Shown one piece after another: positions 1-9,136 of a DNA stretch of 64,000 nucleotides. This DNA comes from Candidatus Falkowbacteria bacterium RIFOXYC2_FULL_36_12. GTDB taxonomy: Bacteria > Patescibacteriota > Patescibacteriia > UBA11705. The stretch covers positions 165,605 through 229,604 of the forward strand of contig MFGJ01000001.1 in NCBI GenBank assembly GCA_001778235.1, read 5' to 3'. A model generated the notes under the pieces. It did not search any database, was not told the DNA's origin, and saw nothing but the letters and a program-made list of their open reading frames with translations. Position 1 is the stretch's first letter. Every line of letters begins with the position of its first letter. The position numbers and the translations under genes are program-made.

Positions 1-54
1 TATAATTAGTATCAGGAATTAATATTATATTAAAGAATTGATTTTGTCAAGTTG

Positions 55-146
55 AAATGACCTCCCCATGGGAAGATGACCTCCCCAAGCAAAGAGGGAT
101 GTGAGACCCCTCCTTGTAACATAAGGAGGGGAGGTGAGTGAGAGTG
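55..146 (+). repeat. REP-A hairpin element, copy 1. Two gacctcccca sub-repeats precede a cccctcctt-gtaacat-aaggagggg stem-loop. The stem contains an SD-like AAGGAGG about 20 nt upstream of the ATG at 148.
   Basis: Direct reading. The same ~90-nt element recurs at 3140-3232, 4668-4755 and 58290-58350 in the same orientation. Confidence 0.7.
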
Positions 147-147
147 T

Positions 148-1458
148 ATGAATATAGTGTTTTTAATTATTTTTGCAGGGGTGTTTGGGTGGTTTGCCTG
201 GAGACACATGGTGGGTGCTCTATGTGTGCTGATTTTTTTATTACCAAGTTATCTAATTCGGTTTAGTTTGTTTGGGATTCCTGTGACATTACTTGAAGTA
301 ATTATTGTGATTTTGTTTGGGATTTTTGTTTTTAAAAGAATGCACTTTGAAAGATTCAAGGTGACAAAAATAGATAAGATAAGTGGTTCAAATTATAAAT
401 GGTTGATTATTGGGATATTATTTTTTTCAACGATAGCAATATTTTTTTCTCCTGATAAAATTTCTGCACTTGGAATTTGGAAAGCGTTTTTTGTTGAACC
501 AATGATGGTGTTTGTGGTTTTTATTAATGTAATAAAAGACAAACATCAATGGGATTTAATAATAAACAGTTTGGGTGGAGTAGCTTTGATAGTTGCCTTG
601 TTTGCGATTTATCAAAAGATTACGGGGCAATTTATTTTCAATGAAGTTTGGCAGGTGGCTGAAACCAGAAGAGTGGTGAGCTTTTATGGCTTTCCGAATG
701 CGGTGGGATTGTTCTTGGCGCCGATTGTGGTGTTGTTTGTAGGAAGGATTGTTACGAATTTACAAAAACTACAAAAATTACTCCACCAAAGGCGGATGCA
801 CCTATGGCGCAAAATACTAGAATTGGTGTTTGATGTGAGTGTTGTTGTTATGGGTGGTTTGGCAATATGGTTTGCGAGGAGTGAAGGGGCGATAGTGGCT
901 GTGGTGATAGGTCTTTTGATGTTGGGATTGTTTTTCAAGAGATTGAGAATATTTACTTTGATTATGATGGCGATTGGGGTGCTGATTGTAGCGGTGGTGC
1001 CACAAGTGAGAGAATTGTTTATTGAAAAAATAAGTTTAGGTGATTTTTCAGGTAACATCAGAGTAATAGTTTGGCAAGAGACTTGGCAAATGTTACGAGA
1101 TCATCAGATATGGGGTGCGGGTTTAGCAGGATTTCAAGCAGTAATCGGGAATTATCATCATGCAATTCAAAATTTTGAAGTTTATTTGTATCCACATAAT
1201 TTTATTTTGAATTTTTGGAGCGAGGTTGGAATTTTTGGGATGTTATTTTTGGTTTTTTTAATAATAAAGTTTTTTTACAATTATCTCCAGGCAAAAAAAA
1301 TAAACAAAGAATGGTATTTGATTTTAATGGCGGTGTTTGTGACTATTTTGGTGCATGGAATTGTTGATGTACCGTATTTTAAAAATGATTTAGCAGTGCT
1401 TTGGTGGTTGGTGGTTGGTATGAGTGTGGTGTTGTTTCGGGAAAAGATTGAAGAATGA
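148..1458 (+). CDS. Polytopic membrane protein of the O-antigen ligase/polymerase (Wzy_C-like) family
   Basis: 436 aa with about 10 hydrophobic helices. The C-terminal half shows a W..E.G.FG pattern, with an HNF...W.E.GIFG motif typical of the O-antigen ligase family. Confidence 0.5.
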   Translation: MNIVFLIIFAGVFGWFAWRHMVGALCVLIFLLPSYLIRFSLFGIPVTLLEVIIVILFGIFVFKRMHFERFKVTKIDKISGSNYKWLIIGILFFSTIAIFFSPDKISALGIWKAFFVEPMMVFVVFINVIKDKHQWDLIINSLGGVALIVALFAIYQKITGQFIFNEVWQVAETRRVVSFYGFPNAVGLFLAPIVVLFVGRIVTNLQKLQKLLHQRRMHLWRKILELVFDVSVVVMGGLAIWFARSEGAIVAVVIGLLMLGLFFKRLRIFTLIMMAIGVLIVAVVPQVRELFIEKISLGDFSGNIRVIVWQETWQMLRDHQIWGAGLAGFQAVIGNYHHAIQNFEVYLYPHNFILNFWSEVGIFGMLFLVFLIIKFFYNYLQAKKINKEWYLILMAVFVTILVHGIVDVPYFKNDLAVLWWLVVGMSVVLFREKIEE

Positions 1459-1563
1459 AGATTTCTTGTTTTTATATAAAAAGAATATTATTGACGAAAT
1501 ATTATTTTTTTGTTATAAATAGATGTTGTGTTCCTTTAAAGGCCAAAGGAAAGAGAGCTCAAA

Positions 1564-2460
1564 TTGAATAAAAAACAAGTAAAAGCCATGTTGTCTGAAA
1601 TGAGGAATCCAGAGAGTGTTTGGCGAATTGGAGAATTGTCGCAGGCTAAATCAAGTGAGATTATGCAACTCATGACTTGGTTTGGTCAGAGATTTGGCAG
1701 AAATGGCAATGCTAGATTTATATTCGGGTGGATGCTGGGGCCGGCTTTTTGTATGATTATTTGTTCTCTGGTGCTTCAGTTGATTTATCATGAGTTTATG
1801 ACTTGGTTTATTCTTTTCATTCCTATGGTTATCATTTCCATGGGTTATGTGTTTATCAAGTATGTGAACAGAGATAGGCAATTTGTAAAAGAGGGAAAAG
1901 ACAGTATTAATAATATTTTCCAACTTTTGAATATTGTGCCAGAGTTAAACAGTGAGAAAAATGATGGATTTTTTTGTCTAGTAAGAACAAATGAAGATGA
2001 GCAGAGCGAAATCATCCGAGTATTTGGAAGTAATGAAATTCCAAAAGATATCAACTTTGTTTTATGTTTTGTCATCTCGGCTGTTGCTTTGCCCGAACAA
2101 AATGTTATCACTTTAGTCCAAGGTTATAATACTATTCTCGGTGGAAGAGTTGCAGAGCTAATTATCAAGATGAAAATGAAAGATGGCTTTGGGAGTATTA
2201 GAGCGATGTTTGAAGATGGGGTGTTTCCAGATGACTTTATGCTCAAAGTTATGCTAGAATTCAAAAAATTGCTTGGTGATTTTATTCAGAATATTTGCAA
2301 TGTAAATATGTTTCTCGGATTGACAGATGAACAAAGAGAATCTTTTCTTGGCCAATTGAGAGAGTGGAATCGTAATGCAAAATATTCGGAGTTGGTTGAT
2401 GTAATGCTTACGATGAATGCGTCAGAAAGTAAAACTTATGAATTTGGAGAGTTTGAATAA
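1564..2460 (+). CDS. Hypothetical protein with N-terminal TM helices. Shares an MFLGLTD(E/D)E..SF motif with the ORF at 27472..28125.
   Basis: Long ORF with coding-like composition. No recognisable family motif. Confidence 0.4.
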   Translation: MNKKQVKAMLSEMRNPESVWRIGELSQAKSSEIMQLMTWFGQRFGRNGNARFIFGWMLGPAFCMIICSLVLQLIYHEFMTWFILFIPMVIISMGYVFIKYVNRDRQFVKEGKDSINNIFQLLNIVPELNSEKNDGFFCLVRTNEDEQSEIIRVFGSNEIPKDINFVLCFVISAVALPEQNVITLVQGYNTILGGRVAELIIKMKMKDGFGSIRAMFEDGVFPDDFMLKVMLEFKKLLGDFIQNICNVNMFLGLTDEQRESFLGQLREWNRNAKYSELVDVMLTMNASESKTYEFGEFE

Positions 2461-2603
2461 AGTTTGACTAATAGGTTGAACTTTTTTATTTATAAAAAGT
2501 AAATTGATAATTAGCGTAGTTGACAAAACAAAATTAATATGATAATTTTGGATGTTTCTGTTGGGGGAATCTATTCAAGGCTGGACCAACGAGGAGAAGA
2601 GTC

Positions 2604-3107
2604 ATGCTTGATGGAGCAGAGTTGTCCCAGAATGATGCAGTGATTTATTCCGGGTTAGAATATTATTTGAGAGTAGAAGAAAAATTAAGAGAGTTTTTTT
2701 CTTTGGTAAATTATTGTGGCGGGTATTGTTATTACACTGATGGCGTTGGTTGTTGCACTGGAGAATTTTATATTGATGCTAATGTGGAATTAAATCGTCA
2801 AAGAAAATCTTTGTATGGTGGTAAGGTCAAGCGGAGTAATTGTGATGATACAAAACCGTGTAGATTTCATTGCCCAAGCTCTGGTTGTAGTTTAGTAACT
2901 CATAGATCGGTGGTATGTAATTCATTTGTTTGTCAGTCATTTAGACGATATTTGATGCAACAATATCAAATTAGTTATGATTCAGGTGAAATGGCGCAAT
3001 TATTGAAAATTTTGCTACGAAATGTACTCAAAAAAAGAGAACTTGATTATTTGCTAAACAAAATAAATTCGTGGATATTTCAAGTAAAGAAAGTGGACAA
3101 TCGTTAA
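2604..3107 (+). CDS. Cysteine-rich hypothetical protein (14 Cys in 167 aa, possible metal-binding)
   Basis: ORF with a GGAGAAG RBS about 8 nt upstream. Contains a CGGYCYYTDGVGCC...CRFHC cluster. Confidence 0.35.
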   Translation: MLDGAELSQNDAVIYSGLEYYLRVEEKLREFFSLVNYCGGYCYYTDGVGCCTGEFYIDANVELNRQRKSLYGGKVKRSNCDDTKPCRFHCPSSGCSLVTHRSVVCNSFVCQSFRRYLMQQYQISYDSGEMAQLLKILLRNVLKKRELDYLLNKINSWIFQVKKVDNR

Positions 3108-3139
3108 ATACGGTTGTTTTTTAATTGTAATGTAGGTTT

Positions 3140-3232
3140 AGAAGGCCACCCCATGGGAAGATGACCACCCCATGGGAAGAAGGATGTGAGACCCCTCCTT
3201 GTAAAATAAGGAGGGGAGAGGGTGAGTGAAAT
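3140..3232 (+). repeat. REP-A hairpin element, copy 2 (between convergent genes)
   Basis: ccaccccatgggaagatgaccaccccatgggaag...gagacccctccttgtaaaataaggaggggag. Confidence 0.7.
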
Positions 3233-3271
3233 AAAAAACTTGAGAAGTTTCTCAAGTCAAATTGATTATGT

Positions 3272-4000
3272 CTAAATAAATGGTTTGATTGACAAATCTG
3301 CACTGCAAAACGGGCAATAATTGATTTCAAAGGGTGAAACGGATGGCGGAGTAATGACGACCAAGCCTCTATTTTGTTCATTGAGGTAAATAATTTCGAA
3401 GTTTGTTGGAATTGTTTGACAAAAATGGCGAAACTGGTTTGGTTTTGATTCAGTATAATGTGTAGTCCAGATTGAATTCAGCTGTCGCCAGTACTTTTGT
3501 AGCCAAAAGATAACATACCAGTGGTCAAAAGCCATATCATTTGGGTGGAGCCAAAGCAATGATGATAGATATACAGCATTAGCATCATCGCCAGCTTGGA
3601 GAGATTTAGAAGAGAGTCCAGAAGTTGTAATGTTAATCCAGTATGGTTGGGAGAAATGACGCGCGTCAGGACGAGGATCTCGGTTGTCTGAATCCATGAT
3701 TGGAAGTGCACGCCACTTATTGGGCAGACAGCCAGTCAAATCAAGATTGGTTTCTTCAAGCAGTTCGCGGATGGCAGTTTGCAGTGTATTTTGATCGCCA
3801 TTTTCAAAGCGTAAGTTTTCAGGGTTAAAAGTTCCAGATTTGACATGGCCACCCGGTAAAGCGTAAATAGTTGGCTCATTAAATGGAGGGTGGAGTCTAT
3901 TGATCAGGATAATTTTAGGCTGTGGAGAATAAAAGTTGATGGTGACAACGGCATCAGCTGTGACAGATTGGGGTGCATGTCTGGGCATTGGTATTCCCAT
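3272..4000 (-). CDS. NUDIX hydrolase
   Basis: Nudix box GGHVKSG-x14-AIRELLEETNL, matching G-x5-E-x7-REUxEExGU. Confidence 0.7.
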   Translation of the reverse strand: MGIPMPRHAPQSVTADAVVTINFYSPQPKIILINRLHPPFNEPTIYALPGGHVKSGTFNPENLRFENGDQNTLQTAIRELLEETNLDLTGCLPNKWRALPIMDSDNRDPRPDARHFSQPYWINITTSGLSSKSLQAGDDANAVYLSSLLWLHPNDMAFDHWYVIFWLQKYWRQLNSIWTTHYTESKPNQFRHFCQTIPTNFEIIYLNEQNRGLVVITPPSVSPFEINYCPFCSADLSIKPFI

Positions 4001-4313
4001 TCCCCCTGGTTTTTTGTTGCCGTGGAGTAGGTCGGAATTGCTTGTAGCACATTCTCATAAAGTAGATAATGACAGGAATTGGTAAAAGTTCAAATGTCAG
4101 GGTCATCAAGATTAGTGTAGATTGTTCTGAATAATGACATAAACGAACGATGCTGATAAAAATGCTTAAGACTAAAAGACTAAGAATAACTCCGCAGACA
4201 ATATATGTAAACCGAGGATTTTTTTTCCAGAGGAAATAAATCATTAAGACAATTGCGACACTGGTCAGAACAGTGAAAATAGTGGAAAGAATTTTTAGAG
4301 TTTCAAGTGACAT
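3954..4313 (-). CDS. Small membrane protein (3 TM). Start chosen at the internal ATG preceded by GGAGGG.
   Basis: Hydrophobic segments. RBS ggaggg lies 6 nt upstream of ATG 4313. Overlaps the NUDIX start by about 45 nt, so the ends are uncertain. Confidence 0.3.
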   Translation of the reverse strand: MSLETLKILSTIFTVLTSVAIVLMIYFLWKKNPRFTYIVCGVILSLLVLSIFISIVRLCHYSEQSTLILMTLTFELLPIPVIIYFMRMCYKQFRPTPRQQKTRGNGNTNAQTCTPICHS

Positions 4314-4407
4314 GAATCCCTCCTGGCGTGGTTTGGTCAATGAACTATGATGAAGTAGAATATAATAAAAATAATAAATTGTCAAGAGTAAAATAAAATG
4401 ATATAAT

Positions 4408-4671
4408 TTGGTTATAAATAATATTGAAAATATGAATTTGAATGACATTTATCATTTTATAAGGAAGTTTTTATTTGAGGTTGCGTCGTATTTGCTCCTT
4501 CAGGCAATTGTGATGCTTGTTTTGGCGGTGGTGATAATTTTATATCCATATACCTTGAATTTATTGGTTGCTCTTGGATTTTTTGTTACTGCATTGGTTA
4601 GTCTTTATTTTATGGTACGAGTTGGTGTGCTGTTTCATAAGGTAAGAAAATTTGGTAAATTGGTGAAGTGA
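4408..4671 (+). CDS. Small membrane protein (2 TM), hypothetical
   Basis: Hydrophobic ORF, followed by REP-A copy 3 and a terminator. Confidence 0.3.
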   Translation: MVINNIENMNLNDIYHFIRKFLFEVASYLLLQAIVMLVLAVVIILYPYTLNLLVALGFFVTALVSLYFMVRVGVLFHKVRKFGKLVK

Positions 4672-4755
4672 TGACCTCCCCATGGGAAGATAACCTCCCC
4701 AAGCAAAGAGGGATGTGAGACCCCTCCTTGTAAAATAAGGAGGGGAGCGGTGAAG
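4668..4755 (+). repeat. REP-A hairpin element, copy 3
   Basis: gacctccccatgggaagataacctccccaagcaaagagggatgtgagacccctccttgtaaaataaggaggggag. Confidence 0.7.
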
Positions 4756-4756
4756 A

Positions 4757-4786
4757 AGTCGTTGGTGGACGACTTTTTATTTTTTG
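4757..4786 (+). terminator. Rho-independent terminator (agtcg-N9-cgact followed by a T-run)
   Basis: Hairpin followed by TTTTTATTTTTT. Confidence 0.55.
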
Positions 4787-4801
4787 TAAAATTGTGATAA
4801 A

Positions 4802-6016
4802 TTGGAATATATGAAAGAAAAATATTGTGAATATTGTTTTCCTGAAAAACCTAGACACTTTTTTGATAAGTTTACCAGTTCAGTAACGATTTTTTTAGTT
4901 GATCCATTGTATGTGTTTATTGGGAAAATATTAAATGCAAGGAATGTAAATAGACTTGGTAAAATTTTGGAAGATTTTATGATAAAATTTTTTTTCTTTT
5001 TTAATTTATTGGAAAGGGTGACTGAAATTGAAAGAGAGTATTATCCTAAAAGGGCATTAACTATTTGGGATGAAGCAAAGAAGCGCAATTTGGATATTTC
5101 CAGTGTGGTTTTTGGTAAGGGAAAAAAGTATTTGAATATATTTTGTTGGGAACAGGGAAATAAAAAACATTATTTCAAAGACAGTCCGGTATTTGAATTT
5201 GATGATATTCGGCCGAATGATATTTTGGTTGATGATAAAGCAAGATTTAAAGCGTTTTTAATTAAAAATGGATTACCATGTGCTGATGGCGGATGTTTTT
5301 TTTCAATGAAAAAAGCAATCAAGCATGGTCTTGAAATTGGGTGGCCGTTGGTGGTGAAGCCAGTTGCTTCGTCGCTTAGTCGGCATGCAATAGTGAAAAT
5401 TGATTCAAGAGAAAAACTGGTGAATGCAATAAAAATAGCAAAACAGATAGGTGCAAAAGTGGTGGTGGAAAAGTTTGTCGAGGGCAATGTTTATCGTGCA
5501 GTTGTTTTGGCTGGCTGTTTGATAGCGGTTGCTAAGAGATTGCCGGCAAACATTGTTGGCGATGGGGTTAATGTGGTGGAAAAATTGATAAAACAAAAGA
5601 ATTTGAAATTAAAAACAGATAGCCAGATTGTGATTGACGAAAATTTGATAAAAATGCTTGGGATGAAAAATAAGAATCTAGGTACAATATTGAGTTTTGG
5701 TGAAAGATTGGAATTGTCAGGCAAGGTGACTGTAAGGAGCGGTGGGGAAATTCATAATGAGACGGACTTTATCAATGCAGAAACAAAGAAAATGTTTGAA
5801 AAATTACAACTTGATTTAAATATTCCATATTGTGGGTTTGATTTTATCTGTCAGGATGTTAGCAGGAGTTATTTGGAGCAAAATTTTGCGATAATTGAAA
5901 ATAATACCTTACCATTTATTGAAATGCATCATGAACCAGATTTTGGAGAGCCGATTGATGTTGCTCGGATGGTTTGGGATTATGTGATTGAAAAAGAAAA
6001 AGAACTGGTTGGTTAG
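4802..6016 (+). CDS. ATP-grasp amino-acid ligase, cyanophycin-synthetase N-terminal-like. Paralog of 21440..22408 and 22405..23349.
   Basis: GWPLVVKP...KVVVEKFVEGNVYRAVVLAGCLIAVAKRLPANIVGDG resembles the ATP-grasp region of CphA (VPAxVVGDG). No Mur-ligase domain follows. The true start may lie downstream. Confidence 0.55.
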   Translation: MEYMKEKYCEYCFPEKPRHFFDKFTSSVTIFLVDPLYVFIGKILNARNVNRLGKILEDFMIKFFFFFNLLERVTEIEREYYPKRALTIWDEAKKRNLDISSVVFGKGKKYLNIFCWEQGNKKHYFKDSPVFEFDDIRPNDILVDDKARFKAFLIKNGLPCADGGCFFSMKKAIKHGLEIGWPLVVKPVASSLSRHAIVKIDSREKLVNAIKIAKQIGAKVVVEKFVEGNVYRAVVLAGCLIAVAKRLPANIVGDGVNVVEKLIKQKNLKLKTDSQIVIDENLIKMLGMKNKNLGTILSFGERLELSGKVTVRSGGEIHNETDFINAETKKMFEKLQLDLNIPYCGFDFICQDVSRSYLEQNFAIIENNTLPFIEMHHEPDFGEPIDVARMVWDYVIEKEKELVG

Positions 6017-6153
6017 TTTGGGGTCAGTTTTTATAAAATTTCTGGAGAATTTTATTCACTTTACGATTTGGGAAGTAAGAGGAAATTGTGGTATAATATT
6101 TTTGTAGAAATCAATGTGAGTGAGGGGAAACTCATAAGTTTTGTATTAAAATT

Positions 6154-7029
6154 ATGCAAAGACAAAAAATTCGAAAAGCAGTTATTCCTGTGGCTGGCTA
6201 TGGAACAAGATTTTTGCCAGCAACGAAAGCTCAACCAAAAGAAATGTTACCGGTAGTTGACAAACCTATAATTCAATACGCGGTAGAAGAAGCGGTGGCG
6301 GCTGGAATCACTGATATTATCTTGGTAACCGGGAGTGGAAAACGAGCGGTTGAAGATCATTTTAGTTACAATTTTGAAATACAGCATTTCCTCAAAAAAG
6401 TTGGTAAGGAAAAAGAAAGGGAAGAGATAAAAAGGATTGCGGATATGGCAAATTTTATTTATATTCGTCAAAAAGGTCCATATGGAAATGGTACTCCAGT
6501 ACTTTGTGCCAAAGATGTGGTTGGTGATGAACCATTTGTGGTGATTTGGGGTGATGAATTTTGGGATTGTCCGAAGGTGCCAAGAATAAAGCAACTTATT
6601 GATGTTTATGAAAAATATGGTGATCCAGTAATTGTGGCGAAAGATATTACAAAAGAAGAAACAAGAAAATATGGGGTAATTGATGGAGTGAAGGTTGGAA
6701 AAGATGTTTATGAGGTGAAAAAGTTGGTAGAAAAGCCTGGACCAAAAGATGCCCCATCACTGCTTGGGTCTGTTGGTGGATATTTGTTGACTCCTGATAT
6801 TTTTGAGGCTTTGGAACATACAAAGTTGGGTAAGGGTGGAGAGCTTTGGTTGCCTGACGCGATATCAAGATTGATGAAACAGAGAGCTTTGTATTGTAAG
6901 CGAATTGACGGGACTTATTATGATACTGGTTCGGTATTTGGCTATTTGAGAGCTAATGTTGAATTGGCGTTGAAACGAACTGAACTGAAAAAAGAGTTTA
7001 GAAAATATTTGAAAGGGTTGAATATATAG
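6154..7029 (+). CDS. galU: UTP--glucose-1-phosphate uridylyltransferase
   Basis: KAVIPVAGYGTRFLPATKAQPKEMLPVVDKP is the GalU signature. Confidence 0.9.
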   Translation: MQRQKIRKAVIPVAGYGTRFLPATKAQPKEMLPVVDKPIIQYAVEEAVAAGITDIILVTGSGKRAVEDHFSYNFEIQHFLKKVGKEKEREEIKRIADMANFIYIRQKGPYGNGTPVLCAKDVVGDEPFVVIWGDEFWDCPKVPRIKQLIDVYEKYGDPVIVAKDITKEETRKYGVIDGVKVGKDVYEVKKLVEKPGPKDAPSLLGSVGGYLLTPDIFEALEHTKLGKGGELWLPDAISRLMKQRALYCKRIDGTYYDTGSVFGYLRANVELALKRTELKKEFRKYLKGLNI

Positions 7030-7058
7030 TTGGGATAATAAAAATAGAAATTGGTAAA

Positions 7059-8522
7059 GTGGGAAAATTTTTGTTAATTGTTAAGGTGAAAAATTATATG
7101 CAGAAAATTAAAAAATGGCGAACAGTTTTAACAGTGTTTTTGATTGCAATTTTTCTTGTTACAACTGGGGCTAGTTGTGCTAAGGGTGGAACCAGTGACG
7201 CCAAAGAATCTTTTAAGCCGGTTACCCTGAAATTTTGGACGGTTTTTGATGATCGAGATGCGTATGCTGATATTATTACTGCATATAAACAGTTACATCC
7301 AAATGTGACGATTGAATTCAAAAAATTGCGGTTTGAAGAATATGAAAAAGAGTTGATAGAAGCTTTTGCTCTTGGACAGGGCCCAGATATTTTTTCAATT
7401 CAAAATACATGGACAAATCAGTATTTAAAATTGCTTGATCCCATGCCACTGACTGTAAGTGTGCCAATAAAAACAATAGAAGGAACTGTGAAAAAAGAAG
7501 AAGTCATAAAATTGGTTACTGAAAAAATGTATACTCCAAGTCAGGTAAAAACAATTTTTGGCGATAATGTGGCAGAAGATACGGTGTTTCAATATAATGA
7601 AGGAACTGAAGATGAACCAATTTTAACACCACGAGTTTTCGGATTGCCAACGAGTTTGGATAATATGGTGCTTTATTATAATCGAGATATTTTGAATAAT
7701 GCAGGTGTGCCTGAACCAGCAAAATATTGGACTGATCTGGAAGGACAGATAGAAAAGATAAGAAAAGTTGATAATGATAATAATATTTTACAAGGGGCGA
7801 TTGCTCTTGGTACTGCAAAAAATGTTGTTCGAAGTTTTGACATTTTATCCTTGTTAATGATGCAACTCAAAACAGAAATGGTTGATGATCGCGGTCAAGT
7901 AAATTTTCATAAGATACCAGCATCTTTATCTGGTCAGGGAATAACAACTCCACCAGGAATTAATGGTTTGGAATTTTATGCGGCTTTTGCGGATCCAATA
8001 TTGAATACTTATACTTGGAATGAGAAAATGTTGGAATCATTGCAGGCTTTTACTTCAGGAAAATTAGCTTATTTCCCTGGATACGCCTATCATAGACCAT
8101 TTATCGAGGCGCAAGCACCTACAATGAATCTGGAAATTGCTCCAATGCTTCAGCTCGAAGGTTATGATACTGTAAACTTTGCTAATTATTGGCTTCAGTC
8201 AGTTTCAGCCAATAGTCAAAATAAAGGTTTTGCCTGGGATTTTGTAAGATTCATGACTTCACCTGAACAGGTAATAAAGTATTTAGATAAAACTGGAAAA
8301 CCAGCAGCTGTTAGGAGTTTGTTTGATAAACAGGTTCAAGATGAAGAGATGTCAGTTTTTGTTGAGCAGACTTTGACTGCAAAATCATGGTATAGAGGGA
8401 AGGATTATAAAGCAGCTGAAAAGATTTTTGATGATATGATAGAATCTGTTGGATTGGGTGAGGTGACGGCAAAAGAAGCGGCTGGATTGGCAGTGCAAAA
8501 GATTCAGCAGACGATGAAATAA
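7059..8522 (+). CDS. Extracellular solute-binding lipoprotein (ABC transporter substrate-binding, SBP family 1-like). The start may be at M 7098.
   Basis: Signal peptide with a TTGASC lipobox. About 450 aa mature periplasmic-binding-protein-like sequence. Confidence 0.6.
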   Translation: MGKFLLIVKVKNYMQKIKKWRTVLTVFLIAIFLVTTGASCAKGGTSDAKESFKPVTLKFWTVFDDRDAYADIITAYKQLHPNVTIEFKKLRFEEYEKELIEAFALGQGPDIFSIQNTWTNQYLKLLDPMPLTVSVPIKTIEGTVKKEEVIKLVTEKMYTPSQVKTIFGDNVAEDTVFQYNEGTEDEPILTPRVFGLPTSLDNMVLYYNRDILNNAGVPEPAKYWTDLEGQIEKIRKVDNDNNILQGAIALGTAKNVVRSFDILSLLMMQLKTEMVDDRGQVNFHKIPASLSGQGITTPPGINGLEFYAAFADPILNTYTWNEKMLESLQAFTSGKLAYFPGYAYHRPFIEAQAPTMNLEIAPMLQLEGYDTVNFANYWLQSVSANSQNKGFAWDFVRFMTSPEQVIKYLDKTGKPAAVRSLFDKQVQDEEMSVFVEQTLTAKSWYRGKDYKAAEKIFDDMIESVGLGEVTAKEAAGLAVQKIQQTMK

Positions 8523-8528
8523 GCGAGA

Positions 8529-8636
8529 AAAGCGAGTACAGCGAGTACAGCGAGTACAGCGAGTGAAGTGAGTACAGTGAGTGAAGTGAGTGAAGTGAGT
8601 ACAGTGAGTGAAGTGAGTACAGTGAGTGAAGTGAGA
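8529..8636. repeat. Tandem 9-bp repeat tract: 12 units of two variants, gcgagtaca and gtgagtgaa
   Basis: Direct reading. Lies immediately upstream (about 25 nt) of the first pilin gene. Confidence 0.85.
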
Positions 8637-8660
8637 AAGTAAATAATTGATTTAAATAAA

Positions 8661-9020
8661 ATGAAAAATAAGAGAATATTAATTTTAATGGTTGTGGTGA
8701 TTAGTTTCATGCTAGTAAATGTTGTGTCGGCAGCTGGTCTGGTGCCTGATGAATGCCGTGGGGATGCGGATTTAAGTACTTGTAATTTGAGTTCAGTTGA
8801 AGCCACAATATTTAATATTGCAGAATTTTTACTTGGGATTGCTGGTAGTTTGGCTCTGCTAATGTTTGTTTATGGCGGATTTCTGTATATAATCGGTGGA
8901 GCCAGTGAAAAACAAGTAGGGAAAGCAAAAGATGTTTTCAAATATGCAATCACAGGATTAATTATTATATTTTTATCGGGATTAATATTGAGGGTGGTTG
9001 TTCAGGCTTTGGCAGGGTGA
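8661..9020 (+). CDS. TrbC/VirB2-like (CPR-type) pilin family protein 1. Contains a Cys pair.
   Basis: Signal peptide. C-terminal YGGFLYIIGGASEKQVGKAKD...TGLIIIF motif shared with the seven downstream paralogs. Confidence 0.55.
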   Translation: MKNKRILILMVVVISFMLVNVVSAAGLVPDECRGDADLSTCNLSSVEATIFNIAEFLLGIAGSLALLMFVYGGFLYIIGGASEKQVGKAKDVFKYAITGLIIIFLSGLILRVVVQALAG

Positions 9021-9100
9021 GAGTGAAGATTAAAGATTGAAGATCAAAGAGTAAAGATTAGAGATTAAAGATTGATTGGCTGACGGTTTGAAACCGTCAG
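9003..9100 (+). repeat. aagatt(a/g) heptamer/nonamer repeats followed by a conserved palindrome ggctgacggtttgaaaccgtcagg. Likely acts as a terminator.
   Basis: The same composite element occurs at 32975-33057. Confidence 0.7.
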
Positions 9101-9136
9101 GTATGGATGCTAGATATAAATGATTGAGGAGTTTTT

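Noticed and set aside
8504-8806. Minus-strand ORF 8504..8806 (LTSLTVLTSLT repeats)
   Set aside because: It is a translation of the 9-bp tandem repeat tract and overlaps the pilin-1 start, so it is an artefact.
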